Below, one piece after another: positions 1 to 9,924 of a DNA stretch of 64,000 bases; the stretch's first letter is position 1, and every line of letters starts with the position of its first letter. Position numbers and translations under genes: made by a program. The notes beneath the pieces are model-generated. The model was given only the letters and a program-made list of their open reading frames with translations, was not told the origin of the DNA and did no database searches. Source of the DNA: Polyangiaceae bacterium (lineage in GTDB: Bacteria > Myxococcota_A > Polyangia > Polyangiales > Polyangiaceae); contig CBDCTZ010000014.1 of the NCBI GenBank assembly GCA_965222375.1, positions 1-64,000 of the forward strand. Direction: 5' to 3'.

Positions 1-96
1 GGAACCTCTCCGTAGACTTCTCCAAGGCTTTCACAATAACGCCGCGGCGCACGTACGAATTCCAAGTAGGAGTGAGCCCTTTTTCGAACCAGGTGT

Positions 97-633
97 CTAG
101 GCAGCCGGCTCGCAGCGGAAGAACTCGAAGCTCTCGCATACGCAGCCCGGGGTGCCGCCAACGCAGCTGCAGTCGGGACCGCAACTGCAGTTGACGCCGG
201 CGAAGACCGGCTCGCAATCCGCGCGCGCAACGCAGGCGCTCTCGTCCGAGAGCTCACCGCAAGTCTCTTGCGTCGCCGGCAAACACAGGGCGACGCCTGC
301 ATCGCAGTTGGTGCCAGGATCGCATTCTTCCTCTACGGCGCAGACTTTCGTTGCTGCGCACTCGCCGTGTTTGGTGCAGTACTCGGCGACGCCACAGGCG
401 CCGTGGCTCGCGCAGGACTTGGGGACCACCGGCGTCTTGCATGCGCCGCTCACGCAGAGCTTCCCGTCACTACAGTCCGCATCATTTTCACAGCTTGGTT
501 CCGCAGCTGACTTGGATGCACGAGGGTCGTCGCACTCGTCGCCGTGCACGTCGCCGGTGCCCTCGTAGGTTTCAATCCGGCATCCAACCATCGACAATGC
601 ACACACAAGAAAGGTCAAACATCGTTTCATCAT
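97..633 (-). CDS. Cys-rich lipoprotein (Dickkopf-like Cys repeats)
   Basis: Start trimmed to MMKRCLTFLVCALSMVGC (lipobox-like), GGAG RBS at 641-644, repeated C-x4-DC-x5-C-x4-C motifs. Confidence 0.75.
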   Translation of the reverse strand: MMKRCLTFLVCALSMVGCRIETYEGTGDVHGDECDDPRASKSAAEPSCENDADCSDGKLCVSGACKTPVVPKSCASHGACGVAEYCTKHGECAATKVCAVEEECDPGTNCDAGVALCLPATQETCGELSDESACVARADCEPVFAGVNCSCGPDCSCVGGTPGCVCESFEFFRCEPAA

Positions 634-818
634 GATCGTTCTCCAAGCAGTCGCCCGTCGAGGCGTTGTTGAAGGCCGGTGCAACAGCCATGCCGTGGCC
701 TTAGCGGACGGAACTACGGCCTTTGCTGGCCCGTGACTGAAACTCGCAGCGGGCAGCCACCTTCCATCTGGCGGGTGCGAGCCATCCATGGCTGGACGTT
801 GTGCGCTATGGTTGGCGC

Positions 819-1718
819 ATGGTCGAACACCCTGCCGCTGGTAGCCGCCAACGATCGCTTTCCCAGTTGCACCTCCTGTTGACATACGTATGCAACTACG
901 AATGCGACCACTGTTTCGCATAGGGTGGGCCGTCACAAAGTGGAACGATGACAATCGAGGGCATCGAGAACATCCTGGGTCAGGCCGAGGCGCTGGGCAG
1001 CATCGAGTGGATCTACTTTGAGGGCGGTGAAGCGTTCCTCTACTATCCGATTTTGTGCGCTGGCGTTCGGCGGGCGAAAGAGCGCGGCTTCAAGGTGGGC
1101 ATGGTCTCCAATGCCTATTGGGCCAGCTCAGACGCCGGCGCCGTGGAGTGGTTGAAGCCACTTGCAGGATTGGTCGACGGCCTCTGCGTGAGTAGCGATG
1201 CTTACCACGGGGGCGACGAGGGCATGGGGCATTCAGAGATTGCCCGCAGGGTTGCGCGACGACTGGGCATCCCGACCGAATTCATCAGCATCGCGGAGCC
1301 GGAAGCGGCTGACGAGGCATGCGCAGTATTGTATCGAGGGCGCGCGGCGGAATTGCTGGCGTCACGTGCCAAACCAAAACCATGGGAGCAGTTGTCCGAA
1401 TGCCCATGGGAAGAACTGAGGGATCCCAAAAGGATTCACGTGGATCCTTTTGGCAATCTTCACATCTGTCAGGGCATTTCCATTGGGAATCTGTTGAAGC
1501 GTCCCCCAGTGGAGCTCATGGCGGACTATGCGCCTGATGATCACCCGATTGTCGGTCCCCTACTCATTGGCGGCCCGGCGGCGATCGTTCGCCGATACGA
1601 CCTCCCTCACGAAGACGAATACGCTGATCACTGTCACCTCTGCTACAAGTCCCGCTACGCACTGCGAAAGCGCTTTCCCGATGTGCTCACGCCAGACCAG
1701 ATGTACGGCACGAGGTGA
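819..1718 (+). pseudogene. radical SAM protein interrupted by an in-frame TAG
   Basis: ATG 819 reads MVEH...LHLLLTYVCNYECDHCFA then TAG 921-923, in frame with ORF 948-1718 (FEGGEAFL, VSNAYWA, SSDAYH, C-terminal SPASM/Twitch-like Cys). Confidence 0.8.
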
Positions 1719-1774
1719 CGGGACTCACGTTCCGGCTGCATCTGCGGGGTCATGCTAACGTTCGCGTCGTGGAT

Positions 1775-3460
1775 ATGAGCGCTACCGTGGGCGATTGCAT
1801 GGCCCGGCTGATGCGTTCCGTCGGCGCGGCGCAGACGAGCGTGGGAGGTCGGCGGCGCGAGCGGCAGCTTCGAGTACGTTCTCGCGCGCTGTGTTGCCTC
1901 GTAGCTTTGTGCATGGCTTGTGGGAGCGACACCGGGAGTGACGTCGGGCCCGCAGGCGGCTTCGCCGGGTCCGGCGGTGGTGTCGGTGGACGCGCTGGTG
2001 CCGGCGGAACTGGTGCCTCGGGTAGCGGGGGGGTCGCTGGCGCCGGTGGCACGGCCGGCACTGGAGGCTCCGCGGGCGGCGGCGCAAGCGCGGGCGCTGG
2101 CGGTAGTGGCGGCTCGGTAGGGGTGCCGATGGTGCCAACGGTTTTTGGACCGGCCGGCGAAGCATGCACCAAAGTGGGCGAGCAGATCGCGAACCAGTCT
2201 GGCTGGGAGAAGAAGATCGAGGACGGCTGCGGGTCCAACAACACATGCTTGCTGCGCGCTGGAACCTACATACTTAGCGAGACGCTCTCGATTCCGGCCG
2301 ATCAAACGCTCAAGCCTTACGATTGCGAAAGCGCAATCATTCGGGGCGACACCGCAGGGAAGTTCAATCTCACGGTCAGCGGGAATGACGCGACCGTCGC
2401 AGGGCTAACCCTCGAGGTCAGCGCCAACTATGCCGTATTTCGCGTCGAGCACGATTCCGCCACTCCTCTGACCAAGTTGACGCTGTCCAACAACAACATC
2501 CGCGGCGGCACAGGCGAAGCGGTTCGCCTAGCAGGAAATCTGAACGGCGTAACGGTCGATGGCAACGATATCGATGGCGGCAGGGGAGGTCACAACCTCC
2601 TTTTTCGCGGCATCAACGGTAGGGGGCCCCGCGATACCGTCGTGCGCCGAAACCGCTTCCGCAAAGAGTTCTTTCCCGATCCGTCGGAGGACTATCTGCA
2701 ATACAACGAAGCAGGCGGCGGTTCGCATCTGGTTGAAGCCAACCTGTTTGGTGCGTCCAAGCGAATGGAGGACGGGATGGATATCAAGGCCATCGAGTCC
2801 CCTATCATGATCCGCTACAACGTTTTCCAACTCGATCAGATGTCCGTCGATGGTCCTGGTGAGGATGGCAATCGTGGCAACGGAATGATCATCCACGAAT
2901 GCGACGCGGCTGGCGAAAAACACGTACTCGAGGGCAATCGCTTTTTGAACGCTCCACGCGGTATTCTCACGCTGTCCACCAAACCAGGGTGCCATGCGAA
3001 GGTCTTGGCAAAGAACAACATCTTCGAGCACCAAGGCAACAACGGTGGCATTGGTCTGTTTAACACGGACGGCTCGGAGTTCTTCCACAACACGTTTGTC
3101 GGAGCCGAAATCAAATTCGGTTTGTCAGACTGTTCATTGGTCCCCAAGAACCTAGCCGTCATCAACAACATATTCTCCGGCAGCAAGGTCCTCGACCGCA
3201 TCAAGGCCTGCGGCGGCAGCTACACTTGCGAACACAACCTCAGCCATCAAGTGGGTGGCGGCGGGCTTGCGCCGAATTGCGCGACCGGGGCGGTCAACGC
3301 GGATCCGCAGTTTTTGGGCGCAAAGGACTACCATCTCAAGGCTAGTAGTCTTGCGGTGAACGCAGGAAAGCCAGCGCTCGGCGTGGGCATCGACATCGAA
3401 GGGACACCACGCCCTTCAGGCCCCGCGCCAGATCTCGGGGCCTTCGAACGCGCGCCTTGA
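1775..3460 (+). CDS. right-handed beta-helix lipoprotein with choice-of-anchor-Q-like C-terminus
   Basis: ALCMAC lipobox, Gly linker, parallel beta-helix repeats, C-terminal DYHLKASSLAVNAG...PDLGAFE; start uncertain (1715-1811). Confidence 0.75.
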   Translation: MSATVGDCMARLMRSVGAAQTSVGGRRRERQLRVRSRALCCLVALCMACGSDTGSDVGPAGGFAGSGGGVGGRAGAGGTGASGSGGVAGAGGTAGTGGSAGGGASAGAGGSGGSVGVPMVPTVFGPAGEACTKVGEQIANQSGWEKKIEDGCGSNNTCLLRAGTYILSETLSIPADQTLKPYDCESAIIRGDTAGKFNLTVSGNDATVAGLTLEVSANYAVFRVEHDSATPLTKLTLSNNNIRGGTGEAVRLAGNLNGVTVDGNDIDGGRGGHNLLFRGINGRGPRDTVVRRNRFRKEFFPDPSEDYLQYNEAGGGSHLVEANLFGASKRMEDGMDIKAIESPIMIRYNVFQLDQMSVDGPGEDGNRGNGMIIHECDAAGEKHVLEGNRFLNAPRGILTLSTKPGCHAKVLAKNNIFEHQGNNGGIGLFNTDGSEFFHNTFVGAEIKFGLSDCSLVPKNLAVINNIFSGSKVLDRIKACGGSYTCEHNLSHQVGGGGLAPNCATGAVNADPQFLGAKDYHLKASSLAVNAGKPALGVGIDIEGTPRPSGPAPDLGAFERAP

Positions 3461-3467
3461 GGCAGAC

Positions 3468-3761
3468 ATGTGGTACACGCGGCGGGTGAGACCATCGGAT
3501 CTACCCGAACGTTGGAAGACGCGCGTGCGCGAATACTTGGCGGCGCGTGGGGACGCGGATCGCACGGAGTTGAACGCGTTCGATTTCTTCGCGCAGCGTG
3601 TCGCGAAGCTCAAGTTCGACGACGGCTCCTTCGCTGAGTTTCGCTATCCACTGGTGATTGAGGCACCGGAACTGAACGAAGTCGCGGTCTTCACCGAACA
3701 TTGTGGCTACCACCTGTTTTCGATGGTGGGCACCCACGTACTCGTCGAGGACGTGGATTAG
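3468..3761 (+). CDS. hypothetical protein
   Basis: 97 aa ORF with GAGG RBS, globular composition, EHCGYH motif. Confidence 0.65.
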   Translation: MWYTRRVRPSDLPERWKTRVREYLAARGDADRTELNAFDFFAQRVAKLKFDDGSFAEFRYPLVIEAPELNEVAVFTEHCGYHLFSMVGTHVLVEDVD

Positions 3762-3840
3762 GAGTCGGAACTCGAGACGCCCCGTCGACGCTCATGGCGC
3801 CCGCCTAGCACTTCGTATGGCGGTGACATTGGGCAGGGCT

Positions 3841-4404
3841 TCATGCGCACAGGCAGTTCAAGTTCTGCCCAGACATGTAACCACCGTAGCAGTTTCCCGC
3901 TTCGTACTTGCAATCCGGGGGCCCGGCCGGATTGCATGGCGAGCAGTCGATCGCGATTGCGTCCACGCAGAATGGAGGAGGTGGCGTACAGGTACCACCT
4001 TCCACAGGAGCGCCACCGCAACACGGGTTGACGCATATCTGGGTGGGGCTGCAGGTTTCGGTTCCACACTTGATGGTGCCAGCGTCCGGAACGTTCGGCC
4101 CGCAGCCAGCGTCGGTACCCGCGTCGATGGGACACGAAGTTGCGTTCTTCATACCGCTAGGACAGGAGCAGCAGCCGACACCGATGGGGGTATCACCGCA
4201 CTGCTTAACGCAGAAGTTCTCAGCGAAGCAATTCGAGGGACACCCACCGGCACCAGCGTTGCCGCTATTGCCTCCGCCACCGGTTGCCCCACTGCCACCG
4301 GAGCCGCCTGTGCCGCCAGTTCCGCCCGGCGTGCCCGAGCCAGAGGAGCTGCAAGCGACGAAGAAGCCCAAAGACAGTGCGCCAAGTGTTCGGGTAATGG
4401 ACAT
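3841..4404 (-). CDS. Cys-rich lipoprotein
   Basis: MSITRTLGALSLGFFVAC lipobox, Gly linker, Cys-rich domains. Confidence 0.75.
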   Translation of the reverse strand: MSITRTLGALSLGFFVACSSSGSGTPGGTGGTGGSGGSGATGGGGNSGNAGAGGCPSNCFAENFCVKQCGDTPIGVGCCSCPSGMKNATSCPIDAGTDAGCGPNVPDAGTIKCGTETCSPTQICVNPCCGGAPVEGGTCTPPPPFCVDAIAIDCSPCNPAGPPDCKYEAGNCYGGYMSGQNLNCLCA

Positions 4405-4532
4405 GATTCCAGACTGGGTGCACGACTCGTGCCGGACACAAATCTCCACGTTCTGAGGCTCCACCATTCTCACTTGGCACATGCTGTGCCGTTCGCAGAC
4501 GAAGATCCTCGAAACAAGCTAGGCTAGGGGTG

Positions 4533-6044
4533 ATGACGGAGCCCGCCGAGAGACAGCACGTCGGACGCTACGTTCTGTACGACCAGATCGCGTCGGGCGG
4601 TATGGCGTCGGTTCACATGGGCCGCTTGATCGGTCCGGTTGGCTTCTCTCGTGTGGTGGCGATCAAACGGCTGCATCCGGCCTACGCTCAGGATCCGGGT
4701 TTCGCCGCAATGTTGCTCGACGAAGCTCGGCTTGCCTCGCGCATTCGACATCCAAACGTGGTCCCCATGCTGGATGTCGTCGCGGCGGACAAGGAGCTCT
4801 TGCTTGTCATGGAGTACGTACACGGCGAGACCTTGGCTCAACTGCTCCGCCAGGCGAAGCGTGGGGACGAGAGCATGCCTCCCGATATCGGCTCGGCAGT
4901 CGTCATCGATATTTTGCGCGGTTTGCACGCAGCCCACGAGGCCAGAAACGCTGCGGGAGAACCCCTGGGGATCATTCACCGCGACGTGTCTCCGCAGAAC
5001 ATTCTCGTCGCCACTGACGGGTCGGCTCGCTTGCTGGATTTCGGAGTAGCCAAGGCGGCATCTCGTAGTCAGAGCACGGACGATGGGCAGCTCAAGGGAA
5101 AGCTCGGTTACATTTCCCCAGAACAGCTCTCTGACGGCGACGTAGATCGCCGGGTCGACATCTTTGCAACGTCAGTGGTGGCGTGGGAGTGCGTCACGGC
5201 GCGGCGTCTATTCGCCGCGGACGACATGGTCGCCACCCTGGCACGCGTGATGAATGCGAAAATACCATCACTGCGCCAAGCCGGCTACGATATTCCAGAG
5301 GCTCTCGAAAAGGTGATTGAGCGCGGGTTGGCGCGCGACCCGAGCGCGCGTTTCCAGACGGCTGAAGACATGGCTCGCCAGGTCGAGGCCGCGCTACGTC
5401 CGGCGTCGCGCGAGCGTGTGGGCGAATGGGTCAAGCAGCTAGCTGGTGAAGCGCTAGCGCAGCGGCTCGAGACGATGCAGCGAATCGAGACCGGCGAAGA
5501 GATGCCGGACAGCGTGCAAGTGCCAGTGCCCGTGAACCCGGAGGAGCAGTCCGGGAAGGTCGCAACGCTGAGGGAGAGCGTGATGGGAAGTGCCGGCGCC
5601 CCCAGCGAGGATCCGGGGACCTTCCCTTCGACCTTGGCGACCCAGTCGATTGCGCCCCCGAAACCGGCGGCGGGGTGGCGTCGCGGCGCCATCATGGTGC
5701 TGGCCATATTGATTGCTGGAGTGCTCCTGGCCGTGGTGTTCGTCAACCGGCCGATGGAACACCGGACTTTCGCTGCGCCGCGACCGGTCTTGTCTCAATC
5801 AGGCATCGCTATTGCCGCAAGCGCTGCCGGGCGTGAGGGGGCCGCCGAGGAGGCGCCTGGCGCGACTTCGGCTTCGCCGCCCGATGCCGCGGCGGAGGAT
5901 ACAGTGCCCAAAGCTGTCGCCAAGAAGCCGATCCGTCCGACTCGCGCGACATCAAGGCCTGCATCAAAACCGCCCGGAGCAAGTCCAAAGCCGCCCACCG
6001 CGAAGCCCGCTCAGCCCGTGGACCCCCTGGCCGATCAGCGCTAA
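4533..6044 (+). CDS. membrane Ser/Thr protein kinase
   Basis: ASGGMASV, VAIK, HRDVSPQN, DFG, YISPEQ; TM helix and Pro-rich tail. Confidence 0.95.
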   Translation: MTEPAERQHVGRYVLYDQIASGGMASVHMGRLIGPVGFSRVVAIKRLHPAYAQDPGFAAMLLDEARLASRIRHPNVVPMLDVVAADKELLLVMEYVHGETLAQLLRQAKRGDESMPPDIGSAVVIDILRGLHAAHEARNAAGEPLGIIHRDVSPQNILVATDGSARLLDFGVAKAASRSQSTDDGQLKGKLGYISPEQLSDGDVDRRVDIFATSVVAWECVTARRLFAADDMVATLARVMNAKIPSLRQAGYDIPEALEKVIERGLARDPSARFQTAEDMARQVEAALRPASRERVGEWVKQLAGEALAQRLETMQRIETGEEMPDSVQVPVPVNPEEQSGKVATLRESVMGSAGAPSEDPGTFPSTLATQSIAPPKPAAGWRRGAIMVLAILIAGVLLAVVFVNRPMEHRTFAAPRPVLSQSGIAIAASAAGREGAAEEAPGATSASPPDAAAEDTVPKAVAKKPIRPTRATSRPASKPPGASPKPPTAKPAQPVDPLADQR

Positions 6045-6117
6045 CCCGCGTTCGTCGCGTGTTTCGCTGGTCTCAATAGCGCAAGCTAGCACCTGAGGCC
6101 GGGTTGTCGCATCATCG

Positions 6118-7104
6118 ATGGGCATGAGGGCGTGGCGTTTTGCAGGGGTCGTCGTATTGCTCGCAACCGGCGCACGCGCGGACCCAACGCCTACGGAGCG
6201 CGCCTTGGCCCGCGAACTGTTCGAACAGGGACGCAGCCTGATGGCGGACAAGAGCTACGCCAAGGCTTGCGAGAAGCTTGCCGAGAGCCAGCGCCTCGAC
6301 CCCGCACCAGGAACACTGCTCAACCTTGCGGTGTGCCACGAAGCGGAGGGCAAGACCGCTACCTCCTGGTCGGAGTTTAATGATGCTCTGACGCTTGCCC
6401 GGCGGGACGGCAGGCAGGATCGCGTGGAGTTGGCGAAAGCCCGATTGGCGAAGCTCAAGCCACGGCTGTCGCGGCTCACGATCGAGGTCCCCACCGCGTC
6501 CAGAGCGCCGGACTTGGAAGTCAGACTCGATGGAGCAAGCGTGGGTAGGCCCGTTTGGGGAGTCGCAGTTCCCATCGACCCGGGCAATCACGTGATTGAG
6601 GCGGCTGCGCCGGGCCGCAAGCCCTTCCGTGTCCAGCTCGCACTGGGCGACAACGCCGATCGGAAGCGTGTGTCGATCCCAAAACTGACATTGCTGAAGT
6701 CCCAGGACGCCTCCCCCTCGCGGCCGAGGCCCGCGCCGGTCCAAGATCCGGGGGTTCCCGAGTCAGGTGTAGGTCAGCGTACGGCGGGCTACGTGATTGG
6801 CGGTGTGGGCATCGTCGCTATTGGCGTGGGTAGCTTCTTCGGCCTGCGTGCGTTTTCGAAGTGGGACGAACGCAATTCGCACTGCACCAAGGCCGGATGT
6901 GATCCCACCGGTGTGGAAGCGGGTGACTCGGCTGAGCAGAGCGCGGTCATCGCCAACGTCGGTATCGGGATCGGATTGGTTGGCCTGGCGGCGGGAACGT
7001 ACCTGGTGCTATCGGCCGGGCCCTCGAGCAGCAACTCGGCAGCCACGGCGCAGCCCAGCCGCGACGGGCGTGGCTTGGTCCTCGGCTACCAGCGAGCCTT
7101 TTGA
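6118..7104 (+). CDS. TPR + PEGA-like domain secreted protein
   Basis: Signal peptide, ARELFEQG...ACEKLAESQRLDP TPR, VPIDPGNHVIEA PEGA-like, hydrophobic C-terminal helices. Confidence 0.85.
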   Translation: MGMRAWRFAGVVVLLATGARADPTPTERALARELFEQGRSLMADKSYAKACEKLAESQRLDPAPGTLLNLAVCHEAEGKTATSWSEFNDALTLARRDGRQDRVELAKARLAKLKPRLSRLTIEVPTASRAPDLEVRLDGASVGRPVWGVAVPIDPGNHVIEAAAPGRKPFRVQLALGDNADRKRVSIPKLTLLKSQDASPSRPRPAPVQDPGVPESGVGQRTAGYVIGGVGIVAIGVGSFFGLRAFSKWDERNSHCTKAGCDPTGVEAGDSAEQSAVIANVGIGIGLVGLAAGTYLVLSAGPSSSNSAATAQPSRDGRGLVLGYQRAF

Positions 7105-7124
7105 CGATCGTGGGTCGTAGCGAT

Positions 7125-8324
7125 TCAGCAGCCGTCGTCGGCGGGGTCTGTGCCCGGGGCACAACTGCTTGGCCCCGGTTTCTGGACGATGACGCTGCCA
7201 AGCGTGGCCGGTTGTGCGCTTACCCGGAGCGCCATCGATAGGTGGTCGCAAGGTTTTGCCGGAGTCGCCAAGATGGTCATGTCGGGAAACTCGCAGATCA
7301 GCTCCTTGATTCCGCTGTAGAGCAGGTTGTCTGTACAAAGAGGCATACCAAAAAGCGGATCGTCGATGGCGGGCAGCGTTCCCAGAATGTCAGATACCTT
7401 CGTAATGCCAGCCAAGACGCCGTCCTCCAACGCCCAACTCCCAGCGCTGCTTTTCACACTTGCCGTGAAGATCGCTGCCGAGAACTGGATAGCGGTTTTG
7501 GCAGTCAAGGAAAATGTCCCGTCCGGAAGGCTGGCAACCAGCGTTCCGTTGGTCACATAGGCGGCTGTGTCCACGTACCTAGCGTTGTCGACGCTGAACT
7601 GCGTGCCGCCATCCGGTGCGACCTTGCCCACGAGGGAATTCGAAATCACCGGCCACTCATCGCTGCCATCCCACTTGGGAGGCGCGGTGTTGGTCTCGTC
7701 AAAGTCATCGCTGGCCATCCATGCGACCTCCACCACAGCATCGTTGGCGGTTCCGTTGTAGCCCTGCACGCGGATCAGCACGGTGTTTCCGCCGCCTTCG
7801 ATCTTCGTAGTGAGATCGTCCGAGCTCAGATCCTTGAGGTTGAACAACGTCCGAACCTGGGAGAGCAACGAACCCAAGGCATTGTCGCGACCGTCGACAC
7901 CGTCACACACCGTCTTGTTGGGCGCTTTGCAGCTCCCATCGGGATCGGATGAGCAGGTGCAAAGCTTGTCGAGGTCATAACCGAGGTTCGGCCACGTCGG
8001 GCCATTGCCCAGATCCCGGTCGCCCAGATCGACTGTCCGAACGGCGACGACAAAGTCGATATTTCCTCCGGGGTCGGCAGTTGGATTCGGAGGTGGCGGC
8101 TGCGCGGACAGGCAACCTGCGTCTGTCGCTCCATCAGCCCCCGCGGTTCCGCCTGTGCCGGCAGCTCCCGCGACGCCCGCGGCGCCCGCGCTTGCATCCG
8201 TGCCACCCGCCCCACCCGCGTCCGGCTTAGCCGCCGGCGAGTCCTCAATGCCTACCAGGCCCTGGCAAGCCGCGACGAGTACTCCCGCCGTAATAAGGCA
8301 AACAGTTGCGGGCCGGATCGCCAC
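7125..8324 (-). CDS. myxobacterial lipoprotein
   Basis: GTG start, LVAAC lipobox, Gly linker, GYDLDKLCTC...DGVDGRDN motif. Confidence 0.8.
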   Translation of the reverse strand: MAIRPATVCLITAGVLVAACQGLVGIEDSPAAKPDAGGAGGTDASAGAAGVAGAAGTGGTAGADGATDAGCLSAQPPPPNPTADPGGNIDFVVAVRTVDLGDRDLGNGPTWPNLGYDLDKLCTCSSDPDGSCKAPNKTVCDGVDGRDNALGSLLSQVRTLFNLKDLSSDDLTTKIEGGGNTVLIRVQGYNGTANDAVVEVAWMASDDFDETNTAPPKWDGSDEWPVISNSLVGKVAPDGGTQFSVDNARYVDTAAYVTNGTLVASLPDGTFSLTAKTAIQFSAAIFTASVKSSAGSWALEDGVLAGITKVSDILGTLPAIDDPLFGMPLCTDNLLYSGIKELICEFPDMTILATPAKPCDHLSMALRVSAQPATLGSVIVQKPGPSSCAPGTDPADDGC

Positions 8325-8426
8325 GATGATCCAGCATAGCCGGTCACCGCCAATGTGACCAGCTCGTCGACCCTTGTCGGGGCTTGAGCACCATTGATGC
8401 GACCCCCAACGATCGACGGCGCGACG

Positions 8427-8954
8427 CTACGCGGGACAGTTGTTGGGCGTGCCGATCTCGCCCTCTAGCACGGGCTTGATGTTCGGATCCGCACAGCTGA
8501 TTGCAAATTCGTGATCCGTGAACTTCGCTTCTTCCAAGCAGATGTATTTCGTCACGGTCTCGCCCTTCTGCAGCGAGGCGAAATCTGCTTCCGTGAGCGT
8601 GATGTCGTGGTCGTGAGTGGTGCCGGTCGTAGTGTACTTCTTCGTCACTCCGGCGACGATGTCGGAGAGAGGAATGGAAAGGTCGTGGGGATCTGTGGCG
8701 TAGTTGGAACCCTTGACCAGCAGCATGTTCCCACATGCACCAGCACCACCGCCAGAGCCCCCGGAGCCCGTTGCGCCCCCCGAGCCCGTTGCGCCTCCCG
8801 AGCCCGTCGCGCCGCCAGAACCCGTGGCGCCTCCTGAGCCGGTGGTGGCGCCAGTGCCGCCGCCGTCACCCCCGTCGTCGCCGCAAGCGAGCGTAGCAAG
8901 ACCGGCGCCGCAGCCGAGCAGAACCAGCCTTCGCGTCAAGTGTTTCTCGGTCAT
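8427..8954 (-). CDS. Tat-type lipoprotein with His motifs (putative metal binding)
   Basis: TRRLVL twin-Arg, LAC lipobox, GSGGAT repeats, PHDLSIP/HDHDITLT/DHEF motifs. Confidence 0.75.
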   Translation of the reverse strand: MTEKHLTRRLVLLGCGAGLATLACGDDGGDGGGTGATTGSGGATGSGGATGSGGATGSGGATGSGGSGGGAGACGNMLLVKGSNYATDPHDLSIPLSDIVAGVTKKYTTTGTTHDHDITLTEADFASLQKGETVTKYICLEEAKFTDHEFAISCADPNIKPVLEGEIGTPNNCPA

Positions 8955-9171
8955 GTGCTAATCCTCCCTGAACCGTTGGGGCATCTCATGCCGTGCACCT
9001 GCACGGCATGCTGGCCTCACCTTCTAGCACAGCCTCTTTCTTGGGTCGGCGTGCCGGATCGCAAGCCCACGATTATTGAAATTTCGTGGTTTGCCCGTCC
9101 GAATCCCCGGATCGCCCTCATGGCGCCCCATTCAGAGGCTCATGCGGGATTGGCTTGCGAATTGGAGCCGT

Positions 9172-9638
9172 TCTGATTGCGACATCTTGTTCATCTCGAC
9201 GCCCACGAGCGTCTTCACTGCGCAGGAGAAGGCCGCCGTGATCGCCTACGTCAACGAGGGTGGCCGCTTGTTGTTCTCGATGGACGACAATGTTCACAGC
9301 GATCTAACTCAGAGCCGGCCCGACGACATTCTCTCGCCGTTTGGTTGAGCTTCGGCGGCCCCGCTCCACAAACCAGTGGAGCAGTCACCATCGGGGGCAC
9401 CGCGGTCACGCCTACCCAGCGCAACATCGCCTATCTCTCGGGCCGCACTGCCGCCGGTGGAACGTCGTTCATACGCATCAACACCGCCGGGAACCCCATC
9501 AGCGGAGTTTTTGCGGAACCAGCGGGCGGTGGCCGCGTCGTTGCCGTGGCCGAGAACACGCCGTTCATCGATGCCTTCATCAACGACCAAAGCAACGTGG
9601 CCTTCGTCAACGACGTGCCGCAGTACCTGCTGAAGTGA
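9172..9638 (+). pseudogene. 5'-truncated, frameshifted glutamine-amidotransferase-like (DUF4350/GldG-like) fragment
   Basis: CDILFISTPTSVFTAQEKAAVIAYVNEGGRLLF...ILSPFG* continues in another frame as LSFGG...GGGRVVAVAE...NVAFVND; shift near 9345. Confidence 0.55.
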
Positions 9639-9788
9639 GGTAAGCGGCGGTCGTTGCCGCCCTTCGGCGCGAGAAGCAGCGAGCCTGCTCGCCGGCGGTC
9701 CGCGCGTTTCCGTCCCCATTCGAACTCGTGCGCCAGGTGTGCATCACGGATGCGTCGACGCCGCAGCTTTTGTGCGGCGCCGCGTGAG

Positions 9789-9826
9789 TGGCACCCCAGG
9801 TCAAGAGTTCTGGCGCCTCGGAGCAA
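9789..9826 (+). promoter_or_regulatory. putative tandem AraC-family binding sites
   Basis: TGGCACCCCAGGTCAA and TGGCGCCTCGGAGCAA as direct repeats, 22-bp period, upstream of the DUF4097-AraC pair. Confidence 0.4.
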
Positions 9827-9924
9827 TCTTGTGCCCGCCGCGTGGACAGATTCGAGCTGTGGGCACGAGCCCAGGAGGTCATTCGAAACGAAAAACGGGG
9901 GTTATTCGAGAAAGAGAGATAGCC

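Noticed and set aside
921..923. Pyrrolysine or genome-wide amber recoding
   Set aside because: TAG terminates clear genes here (mdh, ltrA, DUF559), and no pyl genes are in the window
8380..8410. CCATTGATGCGACCCCCAAC, resembling the dispersed repeat end
   Set aside because: The match is too short to separate from chance without a search
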